From an uncultured Holophaga sp. (GTDB taxonomy: Bacteria; Acidobacteriota; Holophagae; Holophagales; Holophagaceae), in the NCBI GenBank assembly GCA_963664825.1, contig OY761614.1:2144001-2208000 (forward strand): a stretch of DNA of 64,000 nucleotides, in the 5' to 3' direction. The notes beneath the pieces are model-generated. The model was not told the DNA's origin and made no database searches. It saw only the letters and a list, made by a program, of their open reading frames with translations. Of the stretch, positions 1 through 9,555 are shown in pieces. A program made the translations under genes and the position numbers. Positions within the stretch are counted from its first letter, which is position 1; every line of letters begins with the position of its first letter.

Positions 1-523
1 TCATCTGATGCACTTCCTGGATGCGGGCCGTGGTGGAGCTCGGCACCACCAGCGCCTCGTCGCAGATGCCCTTCAGCTTCCCGCCATCGCGGCCCAGGAG
101 CCCCAGCGTCTTCATGCCTTGTTCCTTCGCCGCCTCCATGGCCAGGATCACATTGGGACTGTTGCCGCTGGTGCTGATACCCACCAGGAGATCGCCGGGT
201 CGGCCCAGGGCCTCCACCTGGCGGCTGAAGATCCTCTCGAAGCCATAGTCGTTGCCGATGGCGGTGAGGGCCGAGGTGTCGGTGGTGAGGGCGATGCCCG
301 CCAGGGCGCGGCGCTCCTTCACGTAGCGGCCGCTTAGTTCGGCGGCGAAGTGCTGGGCGTCGGCAGCGCTGCCGCCATTGCCGCAGACCAGGATCCGGCA
401 GCCGCGCTTTAAGCGCTCGGCCATATCCTGGCCCTGGCTGACGATGCGCTCGGCCTCGGCCTGGAAGAAGGCCTGTTTCACGGTTATGGATTCCTGCACA
501 TGCTGAATAAGGGTGGATTTCAT
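1..523 (-). CDS. gmhA: D-sedoheptulose 7-phosphate isomerase (3' end runs off the window)
   Basis: Not in the ORF track. Manual translation from ATG at 523 (GGGGAG RBS) gives [12 protein letters not shown]...[21 protein letters not shown]...[16 protein letters not shown]...[11 protein letters not shown], the SIS-domain GmhA motifs. Confidence 0.95.
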   Translation of the reverse strand, partial: MKSTLIQHVQESITVKQAFFQAEAERIVSQGQDMAERLKRGCRILVCGNGGSAADAQHFAAELSGRYVKERRALAGIALTTDTSALTAIGNDYGFERIFSRQVEALGRPGDLLVGISTSGNSPNVILAMEAAKEQGMKTLGLLGRDGGKLKGICDEALVVPSSTTARIQEVHQM

Positions 524-619
524 CAACGGGCTCCCCTTGGATAATGCCAGGATTTCCCACCCTTCTCCCTCGAAAGGCTGTCAAAGTAGATTCCACATTT
601 CCAGGGAGATTTTCCAACC

Positions 620-1598
620 ATGTCTTGGATGGATTGGATGGCTCGTAACCACTCGCTTTTCGTGCACGTCCCGGTGGCCGTGGCGATCCTGCTCCCCTGG
701 GCGCTGGTTTCTGCGCAGCGGGGCGGGCGTGGAATCCGGCCCTGGTGGGTGACCTGCCGCTACCTGGTATGGTGTGGCGTTCTCTTCTTTCGTGGTGGCG
801 CTCTTCAGCGGCTTCCTCCAGGCCAAGCAGCAGAATTTCCTGGCTCCGGGTCAGTTCCTGGCGCCCAAGGGCAGCGGGGTCATGGCGCTCTTCCGTTTGC
901 ATCAGATTCTGGGCCTCTCGAGCCTAGTCCTGGGCGCGCTCACGCTGAAGGCCGTCTTCCGGCGTCGGGAGGAACACCAGGGGCTGGGCATGTTGGCGCT
1001 CTGCCTGGGATTGCTCTGGAGTGCGGCGACCCTGGCAGGTCTTTGGTATGGCCACCAGCTGCGCCAACCGGCCTTGTCCGAGCCTGCCCCTTTGAAGGTG
1101 GATCCGCCCGTGGCGGCACCGAGGCCCGCGGCTCCGATGCCGGGAGGGGAAGCCCAGGTGCCCGTCCGGGCCCTGGATTACCTGAGCCTAGTGCCCATGC
1201 ACTCGGAGCCCGTGCGCAATGCCCTGCACGGCAATCGCTGGATCCGCGTCTGGGCGAGCCCTGGGGCCGAAGAAGCCTATCGCAATGGCCAGAAGCTGCC
1301 CGAGGGCGCCTTCCTGGTGATGAATAGCCTGGAGGACCATTGGGGTCGCCCAGGTCTCGAGGCGGGTCCCCTCTACGCTCTGGAGATGAAGGGCGGCAAG
1401 GCTCACTTCACCTTCTACTGGCCCCATGTGCCCGAAGCGAAGCGCGGCGAGACCGCCGGGGCCGAGCGGGCCTATTGGCATGGAGACGATCCCAATCTGG
1501 CCAGCTGCCTGAAATGCCATCTGGATGGATTGGCCCCCAAGAAGGACCGCAGCACCTGGACTGTGCCCCGGAAGCCCAAGGTGACAGCGGCCCCCTGA
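620..1598 (+). pseudogene. Membrane (DUF2231-like) plus cytochrome P460/c'-beta family heme protein, split by an apparent +1 frameshift near 788-790
   Basis: ORF 620 begins with a HSLFVHVP membrane motif. ORF 774-1598 continues with TM helices and a P460-like domain (LPEGAFLVMN...CLKCH). Deleting one T in TTCTTTCGTG joins them as ...WCGVLFFVVALFSGF. Confidence 0.65.
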
Positions 1599-1891
1599 GA
1601 TGTGCTGAACCAGGCGAAGGAAGCTGAACAGGTCACATCGGATACGTCTGAGGGGTATTCCCTCTGACTCCTTACGTCCTTCCCTTAGGAACCGACTCCA
1701 TAGCTACACCACCCCTGCCATTCCCGGCGAGGCACAATGGAACCACGAAATACCCGACCCGGCGCAAATGCACATTGGGCGAGGATTTCAGGCTACACAA
1801 GTTGTGTCCATGCTGTGCCCGTGAGGCTCGGTTTAGGGTAAAATAAGAACAACACGCACGGGTGTTTTCAAGGTCTTTGGCTGGATAGCAG

Positions 1892-1923
1892 AAGAGTCTG
1901 AAACGTTCTCGTTTCAGGCTCTT
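1892..1923. terminator. Hairpin, probable intrinsic terminator distal to the last tRNA-linked repeat
   Basis: AAGAGTCTGAAACG-TTCT-CGTTTCAGGCTCTT inverted repeat. Confidence 0.55.
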
Positions 1924-1937
1924 GCATACTTTTAAAT

Positions 1938-2128
1938 TGGCAGCGCTTACCGGATTTGAACGGTTGCCGCCAGCGATTCGCGCCTGGATCCGCTGCGACA
2001 GCCCACCGGGCTGTCTCGCGGGGCGCTCATCGGGCGGCTGCCCCTCGCAGGTTCAAATCCTGTCGGGCCTCGACGGAGCTGCCGGTACAGCAAAAGGCTC
2101 GGCAAATGCCGAGCCTCTCGATTGGTAG
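1938..2128 (-). repeat. tRNA-linked repeat unit, distal copy (185-bp period)
   Basis: 1952-2128 matches 4842-5018 at 166/177 nt by manual count, with the first 101 nt identical. On the minus strand it starts with the tRNA end CTACCA and ends GTTCAAATCCGGTAAGCGCTGCCA. Confidence 0.9.
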
Positions 2129-2478
2129 TGTGGCGAATCCTTGGGACTGATCGGGGCCTCAGATGTCCCCGCATCAGGGTAATTTTCAGGGAATCCCGCG
2201 GTTTTGTTCGGGGTCTCCCATTTCTCGTTCTGTGCCTTTGCTTGGTGAATTCCCCGTAATAGCCTTCCATGTCGCCGAGTTTGCAAGGTGTCCACAAAGC
2301 ACCGCGAGTGGGTGTTGAGATCCCACTCCTCAAACTTGAAGGGGAACTTGATTTACTCTTAAGATAAATGATTATCATATATCCTGACCTCACGGTTTTC
2401 TGACAACCCTTTTCTCCAACCCCTTCCATAGGAGGCACTTCGTGTCCTCATCCGGCAACATGCTCGAAAAGTTCGCCC

Positions 2479-3928
2479 GTGTCCCGTCAAGTGGTGTAGG
2501 AAGGTCGGCGCAGCCGATTCCGTAAGGTTGTCAAAGTTCTGTTGCTGATTGTCAGGCTGTGGGCGGTGTGGAAAGGCCGAAGGGCTTTCCAAGGGGCGGT
2601 GGGCAACCGCAGGTTGTCCATGGCCCCGGCACCGTCCATGGCCGGGTCAGGGGGGGCGTTTGAGCCCATCTTGTTTCATGCATCCATCCGGATGTAGGCG
2701 ATGCGGGCGCTGACCCACTCGGCATGCTGATCGAGGAGTAAGCTCCCGAGCAGGCGCAACACCGCGGCCCGATTGGGGAAGATCCCCACCACATCGGAAC
2801 GGCGGCGCAGTTCGCGATTCTCCCGTTCCAGGACGTTCGTGGAGTGGATCTTTCGCCAGTGGGCCTTCGGGAAGTCCATGAAGGCGGTGACGTCCTCCAC
2901 GGCCTCATCCAGCAGGGCTGCGAACCCTGGGTGCTTGCGCTCGGTGTCCCGCGCCAGGGCCGCGATCAGGGCCTGGGCCTCCTCCTTGGTGGGGGCCTGG
3001 AAAACCCGCTTGAGGCGATCCAGCATCTGCTCCTGAACGGACTTCGGTAACCGTACGGCAGCGTTGCGCATGAAATGGACGCGGCATCGCTGCCAGGTGA
3101 CCCCATTCAGCACCTTCCTGACGGCGGCTTTCAGCCCGGCGTGAGAATCCGAGATGACCAGATCTACACCCGCGAGACCGCGCTGCACAAGGCTTTCCAG
3201 GAATGCTGACCAGGCGCTCTCCATCTCGCCTTCAGCCACGGTCAGCCCCAGCACCTCGCGTTTACCCTCCGCATTCACGGCCATGGCCACCATCACCGCC
3301 AGCCCTACCACGCGCCCGCCTTCCCGAACCTTCGGATAGAGGGCGTCCAGCCAGAGGTAGCGGAAAGAACCTTCCAGCGGGCGGTTCCGGAACGCCTCCA
3401 CCTCCGCATCCAACTCCTGCGCCAGCCGGGAGACCTCGGACTTCGACATCCCCCGGCAGCCTAGGGCCTCCACCAACGCCTCGACCTTTCGCGTGCTCAC
3501 GCCCGCGACGTAGGCCTCTGCCGCCACGTTCACGAAGGCCTGTTCCCACCGACGGCGCGGCTCCAGGAAGTTCGGGAAGTAGCTGCCCTGCCGGAGCTTT
3601 GGGATGGCCAGCGGCAGCGTGCCCAGCCGCGTTTCCAGTTCCCGGTCGCGGTAGCCGTTTCGGTGGTTCTCCCGTGACGGCGTCCGCTCCCCAGGGCCCG
3701 CTTGGCAGAGCCCCGAAACGTCGGACTCCATCACCGCCTCCAGCCCCATCAGCAGCACACGCCGCAGGAAATCACCGTTCCCCTCCTCCAAAACCTTGCT
3801 CAGGGCTTCCAGCCCAGACACCCTATTGATGGCCATCGGTCTCTCCGTTCGGTAAGTTCGCAAACCTCACCTTACGGAACCGGTGGCCACCTCTCACTGA
3901 ACCACTGCTACACCACTTGATGGGACTC
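2479..3928 (-). mobile_element. IS256-family insertion sequence (~1450 bp)
   Basis: Terminal inverted repeats GTGTCCCGTCAAGTGGTGTAG (2479-2499) and revcomp GAGTCCCATCAAGTGGTGTAG (3908-3928), 19/21 match. Subterminal TTCCGTAAGG motif at both ends. No adjacent target duplication visible. Confidence 0.92.
2676..3836 (-). CDS. IS256-family (Mutator-type DDE) transposase
   Basis: RNGYRDR...TRLG...[27 protein letters not shown] and [15 protein letters not shown] motifs; ATG at 3836 with GGAGAG upstream. Confidence 0.96.
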   Translation of the reverse strand: MAINRVSGLEALSKVLEEGNGDFLRRVLLMGLEAVMESDVSGLCQAGPGERTPSRENHRNGYRDRELETRLGTLPLAIPKLRQGSYFPNFLEPRRRWEQAFVNVAAEAYVAGVSTRKVEALVEALGCRGMSKSEVSRLAQELDAEVEAFRNRPLEGSFRYLWLDALYPKVREGGRVVGLAVMVAMAVNAEGKREVLGLTVAEGEMESAWSAFLESLVQRGLAGVDLVISDSHAGLKAAVRKVLNGVTWQRCRVHFMRNAAVRLPKSVQEQMLDRLKRVFQAPTKEEAQALIAALARDTERKHPGFAALLDEAVEDVTAFMDFPKAHWRKIHSTNVLERENRELRRRSDVVGIFPNRAAVLRLLGSLLLDQHAEWVSARIAYIRMDA

Positions 3929-4729
3929 TATCAAAAGTTCTACCTGAAAACTTTCAAGGTCGTGATCCTCACGGTCATGAGCTTGGCCCTGCTCGGGTCC
4001 ATCGTCCTGCTGGGCATGAGCGCCTACCAATATGTGTCAAGGACGCCCAAGAAAATCGAGCCGGCCAAGCCCGCGCCGATGACGGCCGTGGACCCCGCCG
4101 AACTGGTGAAGGAGTTGGCGAAGGCCCCCGAGGCGGCCCCCGTCGCCAAGCGTGGCGCCGTGAAGACCGGGGCACCCGTGCCCAAGCGGGCCTCCGGGAA
4201 GTATCTGGAGGAAGCGAAGCAGTTACTGGATGTCAACTACAAGTTTCAACTCCAGTTCGATCCGAAGGCTAAGTCCCCGAGCGAGGCCCAGATCGAAGAC
4301 CTACGAGGTGGGCTTCAGCGAGTCTCCGACGCGGACGAGGACCGTGGGCAGGCCTTCGCCACTGACTTGGTGAAGTATGTGAACGCGGTTCTTTCCTCGC
4401 CAGAGGTGATCCAGGCTGCCAAGGATGGCCGTTCGAGGCCGGCCTTTTTCCGGGCGCTAACGAAGTTCGTCAAGGAGTGGGACGACGCCAAGGCCAAGGT
4501 GAAGAAGCACAACGCCGCCGAGGCAGCCCGAGTGGAGCGGGAGAAGGACGCTGAAGCGGCCTCCATCGGGGCCACCAAGGCTCAATCGATGGCATCTCTG
4601 ACGAGTGCCGCCATGGCCTTCGGCGCCTTCCTGGCGCTGGCCTTCTACCTCATCGTGGCCGCAGTGGAGTCGAACCTGCGGGGAATCCGCGAGTCCGTTC
4701 GCCAGTCGACACCGTCCCAGGAAGCCTAA
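3920..4729 (+). CDS. Hypothetical membrane protein (N- and C-terminal TM helices, helical middle); 5' end interrupted by IS256
   Basis: Open frame with two hydrophobic segments; the only nearby start codons (TTG 3917, ATG 3920) lie inside the IS terminal repeat. Confidence 0.7.
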   Translation: MGLYQKFYLKTFKVVILTVMSLALLGSIVLLGMSAYQYVSRTPKKIEPAKPAPMTAVDPAELVKELAKAPEAAPVAKRGAVKTGAPVPKRASGKYLEEAKQLLDVNYKFQLQFDPKAKSPSEAQIEDLRGGLQRVSDADEDRGQAFATDLVKYVNAVLSSPEVIQAAKDGRSRPAFFRALTKFVKEWDDAKAKVKKHNAAEAARVEREKDAEAASIGATKAQSMASLTSAAMAFGAFLALAFYLIVAAVESNLRGIRESVRQSTPSQEA

Positions 4730-4742
4730 GCGACTCGTTCGC

Positions 4743-4779
4743 AACGAGGGCCCAAATCCGTTCGGACCGGGCCCTTGTT
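4743..4779. terminator. Probable intrinsic terminator
   Basis: AACGAGGGCCC...GGGCCCTTGTT stem just after the stop at 4729. Confidence 0.55.
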
Positions 4780-4827
4780 TCGTACCGGATTCTGGCGTGA
4801 TGCCGTGGCTCGGCCAGGCCTCTCGGT

Positions 4828-5012
4828 TGGTCGCTGCCGCAGGATTTGAACGGTTGCCGCCAGCGATTCGCGCCTGGATCCGCTGCGACAGCCCACCGGG
4901 CTGTCTCGCGGGGCGCTCATCGGGCGGCTGCCCCTCGCAGGTCCAAATCCTGCCGGGCTTCGTTGGGGTCGCCGGTACAGCAAAAGACTCGGCAGATGCC
5001 GAGCCTTTCGAT
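4828..5012 (-). repeat. tRNA-linked repeat unit, tRNA-proximal copy
   Basis: Directly 3' of the tRNA CCA: terminator hairpin CTCGGCA-TC-TGCCGAG-TCTTTT, anti-T-arm, nested hairpins, then GTTCAAATCCTGCGGCAGCGACCA. Confidence 0.9.
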
Positions 5013-5089
<77 letters not shown>

Positions 5090-5100
5090 CCGGAATGGCA

Positions 5101-5128
5101 AGTATAGCATTCGAGGGCGGCAGTGCAA
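5101..5128 (-). promoter_or_regulatory. Sigma70-type stable-RNA promoter for the tRNA
   Basis: TTGCAC-N16-TATACT, 11 nt upstream of the tRNA 5' end. Confidence 0.7.
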
Positions 5129-5171
5129 GGGCTCATTTGTGCGCTAAGCTCGATGGATTCTGGGATCCGCC

Positions 5172-7103
5172 ATGTTGCGATGTCTTCTTTCCGCCCTTCT
5201 CCTTGCTGTGCTGCCGCTGGCAGCGAGTGTGCACGACTGGACGCCGGAGCGCTGGTTCGCTCAGCCCCGGTCGCCGCGAATCGCCAACTACCACATCCGG
5301 GCCACCCTGGATTGGGAGGCCAAGACGCTCGAGGGCCAGGAGACGATCACCTGGCGGAACGCGGGTGTGGCGCCCACCTCCGAGTTCCCGCTGCATCTCT
5401 ACCTGAATGCCTTCAGGGGGCCCCAGAGTCTCTTCCAGCGGGAAGGGGGCCTGCATCAGCCCCGTCCTTCTCATCCCAGGGGATGGGGCTACTGCCGTTT
5501 GACGGGGGTTCGGGCGGAGGGACGGGAACTTCAGGGCCACGTTGGCGAGGACGAGACCGTTTACTGGGTGCGCTTGCCTCGGGCGGTCTCTCCCGGAGAG
5601 AGCATCCAGGTGGAACTCTCCTGGGAAAACCGCTTTCCGACGCTAGGGGTTCGCTCGGGCTGGAGCGGCCTCTTCCTCATGGGCGCCCAGTGGTTTCCCA
5701 AGGTGGGGGTCTACCAGAGGGATGCCTGGAACTGCCATGCGTACCACGCGAATACGGAGTTCTTCTCGGATTTCGGCGTCTTTGATGTGGAACTCTCCAT
5801 GCCGAATGCGCTGTTGCTGGCCCATACGGGGACCCAGACCAATTTCAAGGACGCCAGCGATGTGACGAAGGACCCCAAGCATCCCCTCAATGTCATCTGG
5901 AAGCTTCACGCGGAGGATGTCCACGACTTCGCCTGGGCCGTAATGCCGGAGGCGAGCTGGGGTTACACGCATTTCGAGTATCGGAAGACCCAGATCTTCT
6001 ACTTCACTCAGGGCGCCAATATGCACAATCAGTTGCGCCAGCATGAGGCCATCAAGGCCGCCATGCGCAACGCTTCGGATTGGTTCTTCCCCTACCCTTA
6101 TCCCGTGCTCACCGTGGTGGATGTGCCCGAGGGCGCCTGGGGAGCCGATGGCATGGAATACCCGACGCTCATCACTGCGAGCTCGGTGCACTTCGACCCG
6201 CTTCATCTGCGGATGGTGCCCGAGGGGGTCTCAACCCATGAATTTGGCCATCAGTATTTCTACGGCATGCTCGCCTCCAATGAGGCCGAGGAACCCTGGC
6301 TGGACGAAGGTTTCACCTCCTGGTTCACCCATAAGGCCACCCAGCGGACCTATCAGGGGCTCTTCTCGAGTCGTCGCTTCCAGGTGGGTACCGAATTCGG
6401 CGAATGGGTGTCCTACTGGATGGATCCTTCCGTGGATCCCCTCAGCCAGTGGGGCTTCAAGGTGCGAGATGGGGCCAGCTACAACCGCTCGGCCTACGCC
6501 AAGCCGACCCTGATCCTGGATCAGCTGGAGGCCATGGTGGGGCGACCCGTGATGGAGGAGATCCTGCGGGCCTATGCCACTGAAATGGCCTTCAAACACC
6601 CGGTCCGGGCTGACTTCAAGCGCATCGCGGAACGGGTATCGGGTCGGGATCTCGGCGTTTTCTGGAGGGATTTCGTCGAGGGGACCGAGGTCCTGGATTA
6701 CGTCATCGGCAGGGTGCAGAGCACCGAGGTCTTCGAGGGGGGCTGGATGGATTCGTCCACCGGGCCGGTTTTTGCCGCGCCGCAGCCGGTGTCGCCAGGC
6801 CACCGGGGTTCCATCACCCTGGAACGCCGGGGAGGCATGAAACTTCCCATCACCCTCTGGGTGCGCCTGGAGGATCGGAGCGAACAGCGGATCCTATGGG
6901 ATGGCCAGGAGCGATGGGTCACCTACGAATTCGAACAGCCCATTCTCGCCGCGGTCCTGGATCCTGACGGGAATTACCCCATCCTCAAGGACCGCCTCCA
7001 TGCGGCCTATACGGTCAAGCCCATCTCCCGCGGCCTGCACTACTGGAGCCAGATGGTCTGGGGCGCTGTGCTTGGCCTCCTCCAGGGCGTGGGTTTCGCT
7101 TAA
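5172..7103 (+). CDS. M1-family zinc aminopeptidase, exported, probable C-terminal membrane anchor
   Basis: Signal peptide; GMEYP, HEFGH and WLDEG motifs. Confidence 0.92.
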   Translation: MLRCLLSALLLAVLPLAASVHDWTPERWFAQPRSPRIANYHIRATLDWEAKTLEGQETITWRNAGVAPTSEFPLHLYLNAFRGPQSLFQREGGLHQPRPSHPRGWGYCRLTGVRAEGRELQGHVGEDETVYWVRLPRAVSPGESIQVELSWENRFPTLGVRSGWSGLFLMGAQWFPKVGVYQRDAWNCHAYHANTEFFSDFGVFDVELSMPNALLLAHTGTQTNFKDASDVTKDPKHPLNVIWKLHAEDVHDFAWAVMPEASWGYTHFEYRKTQIFYFTQGANMHNQLRQHEAIKAAMRNASDWFFPYPYPVLTVVDVPEGAWGADGMEYPTLITASSVHFDPLHLRMVPEGVSTHEFGHQYFYGMLASNEAEEPWLDEGFTSWFTHKATQRTYQGLFSSRRFQVGTEFGEWVSYWMDPSVDPLSQWGFKVRDGASYNRSAYAKPTLILDQLEAMVGRPVMEEILRAYATEMAFKHPVRADFKRIAERVSGRDLGVFWRDFVEGTEVLDYVIGRVQSTEVFEGGWMDSSTGPVFAAPQPVSPGHRGSITLERRGGMKLPITLWVRLEDRSEQRILWDGQERWVTYEFEQPILAAVLDPDGNYPILKDRLHAAYTVKPISRGLHYWSQMVWGAVLGLLQGVGFA

Positions 7104-7142
7104 ACGAGAAGGTGCACTCCCGGTAGCCGCCGATGCAGGCGA

Positions 7143-8108
7143 TCACTCCTTGGTTAGGGCCGCATCTCCCATTCGGATGGAAGCGATGAGACCGGTGGCA
7201 TCCAGTCGGATATCGATGGGGAAATAGGCCAGGGCGCAGGCCACGAAGGGCTCCCGGCTGGGGGCCAGGTAGGCCCTGCGTTCCGTGGAACCCACCTGTT
7301 GGGCGAGATGGCGGGCCTCCTCCAGGCTTTCGCCTTCTAGGACGGAAAGGTGGGTGGAGAGGTCGCTGTGCATGCAGGGGATGATCCAGGTGGAGCCTTC
7401 AGGGGCCGCCGGCGCACCGGGCTCCAGGGGCACGATGTAAATGCGAGGTCCCAACCGGCCCAGGGGGAGATCCAGGGCCTCGAGCCCGGGGAGGGACCAC
7501 AGGTAGATGCGGGGAGGCGGGCCGCCGAGCAGGGAGAAGGCTCGCTGGAACTGCTGCACGAGATCGGGGACCTCCCCCTCCCAGGCTTCCTTGAGGCGAC
7601 CGAGGCGGCCCTCGTCGGCCTCTGCCAGGGCGAAGCAGAAGGCGTGGCGAAGGACCCAGCCCCGGATGATCTGGGAACCATTTTCCTGGAGGAGGCGATC
7701 CTCCCAAGCCTGGCGAAGGCCGCGAGGCATTTCGCCCCTGCGGACCAGGGCCTGCCCCCGGCGCCAGAGGGCCGCCTGGGAACCCGCCAGGGAGAGGGGC
7801 AGGGTCTGGATTCGGGGACCCCATTGCTCCATGGGTGCGGCGAGAAAAGCCCGCAGGGCTTCGGCCTCGCGGTAGGATGCACTTCCCTTCGGGAAGGGAT
7901 TGTGGGGCAGGGGCTCCCGGAGGGCCGCCAGGAGCCATTCCCGGGCGGGGCGATCCTTGGGGCGAACGGAAGGGGTGGGCAGCTTCTGGGGGGAGGGATC
8001 CTCGTCGAAGGCCTCTAGGATCTGCGGCAGGGCTTCCCCCAGGGGCAGCACCGGAGGAGCCGCCTGGAGCAGGACGGTCGCGAAGGTAAGCAGATGGGCT
8101 GGGCGCAT
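7143..8108 (-). CDS. Hypothetical exported protein
   Basis: Start trimmed to MRPAHLLTFATVLLQA (signal-like); the longer ORF would overlap pyrF. Confidence 0.7.
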   Translation of the reverse strand: MRPAHLLTFATVLLQAAPPVLPLGEALPQILEAFDEDPSPQKLPTPSVRPKDRPAREWLLAALREPLPHNPFPKGSASYREAEALRAFLAAPMEQWGPRIQTLPLSLAGSQAALWRRGQALVRRGEMPRGLRQAWEDRLLQENGSQIIRGWVLRHAFCFALAEADEGRLGRLKEAWEGEVPDLVQQFQRAFSLLGGPPPRIYLWSLPGLEALDLPLGRLGPRIYIVPLEPGAPAAPEGSTWIIPCMHSDLSTHLSVLEGESLEEARHLAQQVGSTERRAYLAPSREPFVACALAYFPIDIRLDATGLIASIRMGDAALTKE

Positions 8109-8196
8109 GGGAGCCTCAGGCTGGACTTTGGAACCAAGTCGTACACGTTTCCTGAGAGAATGACAGACCTTGTGTTGACCATCACCCGGAGTGCCC

Positions 8197-8916
8197 ATGC
8201 CCGAATCTTCCCTCCCTGTCGAACGCCTCGTGGTGGCGCTGGATGTTCCGACGGCTTCCGAAGCCCTCGCATTGGCGCGGAAGCTGGTTGGTCGGGTGGG
8301 CATGGTGAAGGTGGGGCTCGAACTCTTCTGCGCCGAGGGGCCTGCCTTCGTGCGGGAACTCCAGCGCACCGTTCCGGTCTTTCTCGACCTGAAATTCCAC
8401 GATATCCCGACGACCGTGCAGCGCGCCCTCGAGGCCGTGCTCCCCCTCGATCCCCGGCTTGTGAATGTCCACGCCCAGGGAGGGGCCGCCATGCTGGAGG
8501 CCGCTGCGGATGTGGTCAGGGCCCATCGCCAGAGGGGTGGCACCACCGAACTGCTTGCTGTGACTGTGCTCACGAGTCTGGACCGGGAAGCCCTCGCCCG
8601 CCTGGGGTCCACGGCGGAGCCCGGGGACATGGCCCTTCATCTGGCCCGGCTGGCCCAGGTCTGCGGCACCGATGGTGTGGTTTGCTCGGCCCAGGAGGCT
8701 CTCGCCCTTCGCCAGGCCTGCGGGCCCGCCTTCCACCTACTCACCCCAGGGGTCCGTCCCCAAGGGGCGGCGGTCCAGGATCAGGCCCGGGTGGTCACAC
8801 CCGCCCAGGCCCTGCGAAACGGAGCCACCTGGCTTGTTGTGGGGCGGCCCATCACCCGAGCGGAGGACCCTGCCGCAGCGGCAGACGCCATCCTCCGCGA
8901 AATGGCTGCGTCTTGA
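8197..8916 (+). CDS. pyrF: Orotidine-5'-phosphate decarboxylase
   Basis: LVVALD, KVGLEL, DLKFHDIPTT, AVTVLTS, TPGVRP and VGRPIT motifs. Confidence 0.97.
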   Translation: MPESSLPVERLVVALDVPTASEALALARKLVGRVGMVKVGLELFCAEGPAFVRELQRTVPVFLDLKFHDIPTTVQRALEAVLPLDPRLVNVHAQGGAAMLEAAADVVRAHRQRGGTTELLAVTVLTSLDREALARLGSTAEPGDMALHLARLAQVCGTDGVVCSAQEALALRQACGPAFHLLTPGVRPQGAAVQDQARVVTPAQALRNGATWLVVGRPITRAEDPAAAADAILREMAAS

Positions 8917-8926
8917 GGCACCCGCA

Positions 8927-9481
8927 GTGACCTCCCTCACGCCCCTGGTCTATCGTCCCAGCCTCGCCCAGAGGGCGGTAGCACTCCTCCTCTTCGCGGG
9001 GTCCTGGATGGTCGGCGTCCGGGGCCTGGTCCAGGTGATCCAGCAGTTGCCCCGACTGGTGGCGCTCCTGCGCCTGGCGGAGCTGAATGCCGAGCCCACC
9101 CTACGGATCTGGGTGGCGCTGGTGACGAGCGTGGCGGCCTGTGCCGGGGGCGGGATCCTCCTGCTGCTTTCGATCCTCTTCCTGCTCTTCATCGAGGGGA
9201 CCCAGGTGCTTGTGGACGAAATGGGGATCGCGGTGGAATTGGGTCCGGTTCCGGGCCCCATCGCGCGTCGCATGGGGGCGGGGCGGCTCAGTTGGAAGCA
9301 GGTGGGGCACCTGGAAAAGGGGCGTTTCTTCTTCATCCTGCGGGGGGGTGGGGATCCCCAGGCCAAGCTGAAACAGGGTTTGGGACCCGACCCCGTGCTG
9401 CGTTTTCTGGTGGTGGACCAGCTGGATCGTCTTATTTTGACTATCCTGGAGCGAAGCCCCAATCTGCACTTCAAGGATTGA
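8927..9481 (+). CDS. Hypothetical membrane protein (2 TM plus PH-like C-terminus)
   Basis: GTG 10 nt after the pyrF stop; two hydrophobic helices. Confidence 0.7.
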   Translation: MTSLTPLVYRPSLAQRAVALLLFAGSWMVGVRGLVQVIQQLPRLVALLRLAELNAEPTLRIWVALVTSVAACAGGGILLLLSILFLLFIEGTQVLVDEMGIAVELGPVPGPIARRMGAGRLSWKQVGHLEKGRFFFILRGGGDPQAKLKQGLGPDPVLRFLVVDQLDRLILTILERSPNLHFKD

Positions 9482-9555
9482 GCACGGAAAGACCGGGGGT
9501 CGATCCCGGGACGCCTTCGGGCTACGCTAGAGTCTTCGATTCTGTTGGAGATCCC

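Noticed and set aside
1922..2438. Short ORFs over the repeat (1922-2128, 1956-2150, 1947-2438) and their twins at 4605-5136
   Set aside because: They are translations of the non-coding repeat and tRNA; their similarity is explained by the DNA repeat.
2467..3940. AAAAGTTC on both sides of the IS as a target-site duplication
   Set aside because: Each copy is 4 nt away from the inverted-repeat end, so it is not a flush duplication; it may reflect similar codons (EKF/QKF).
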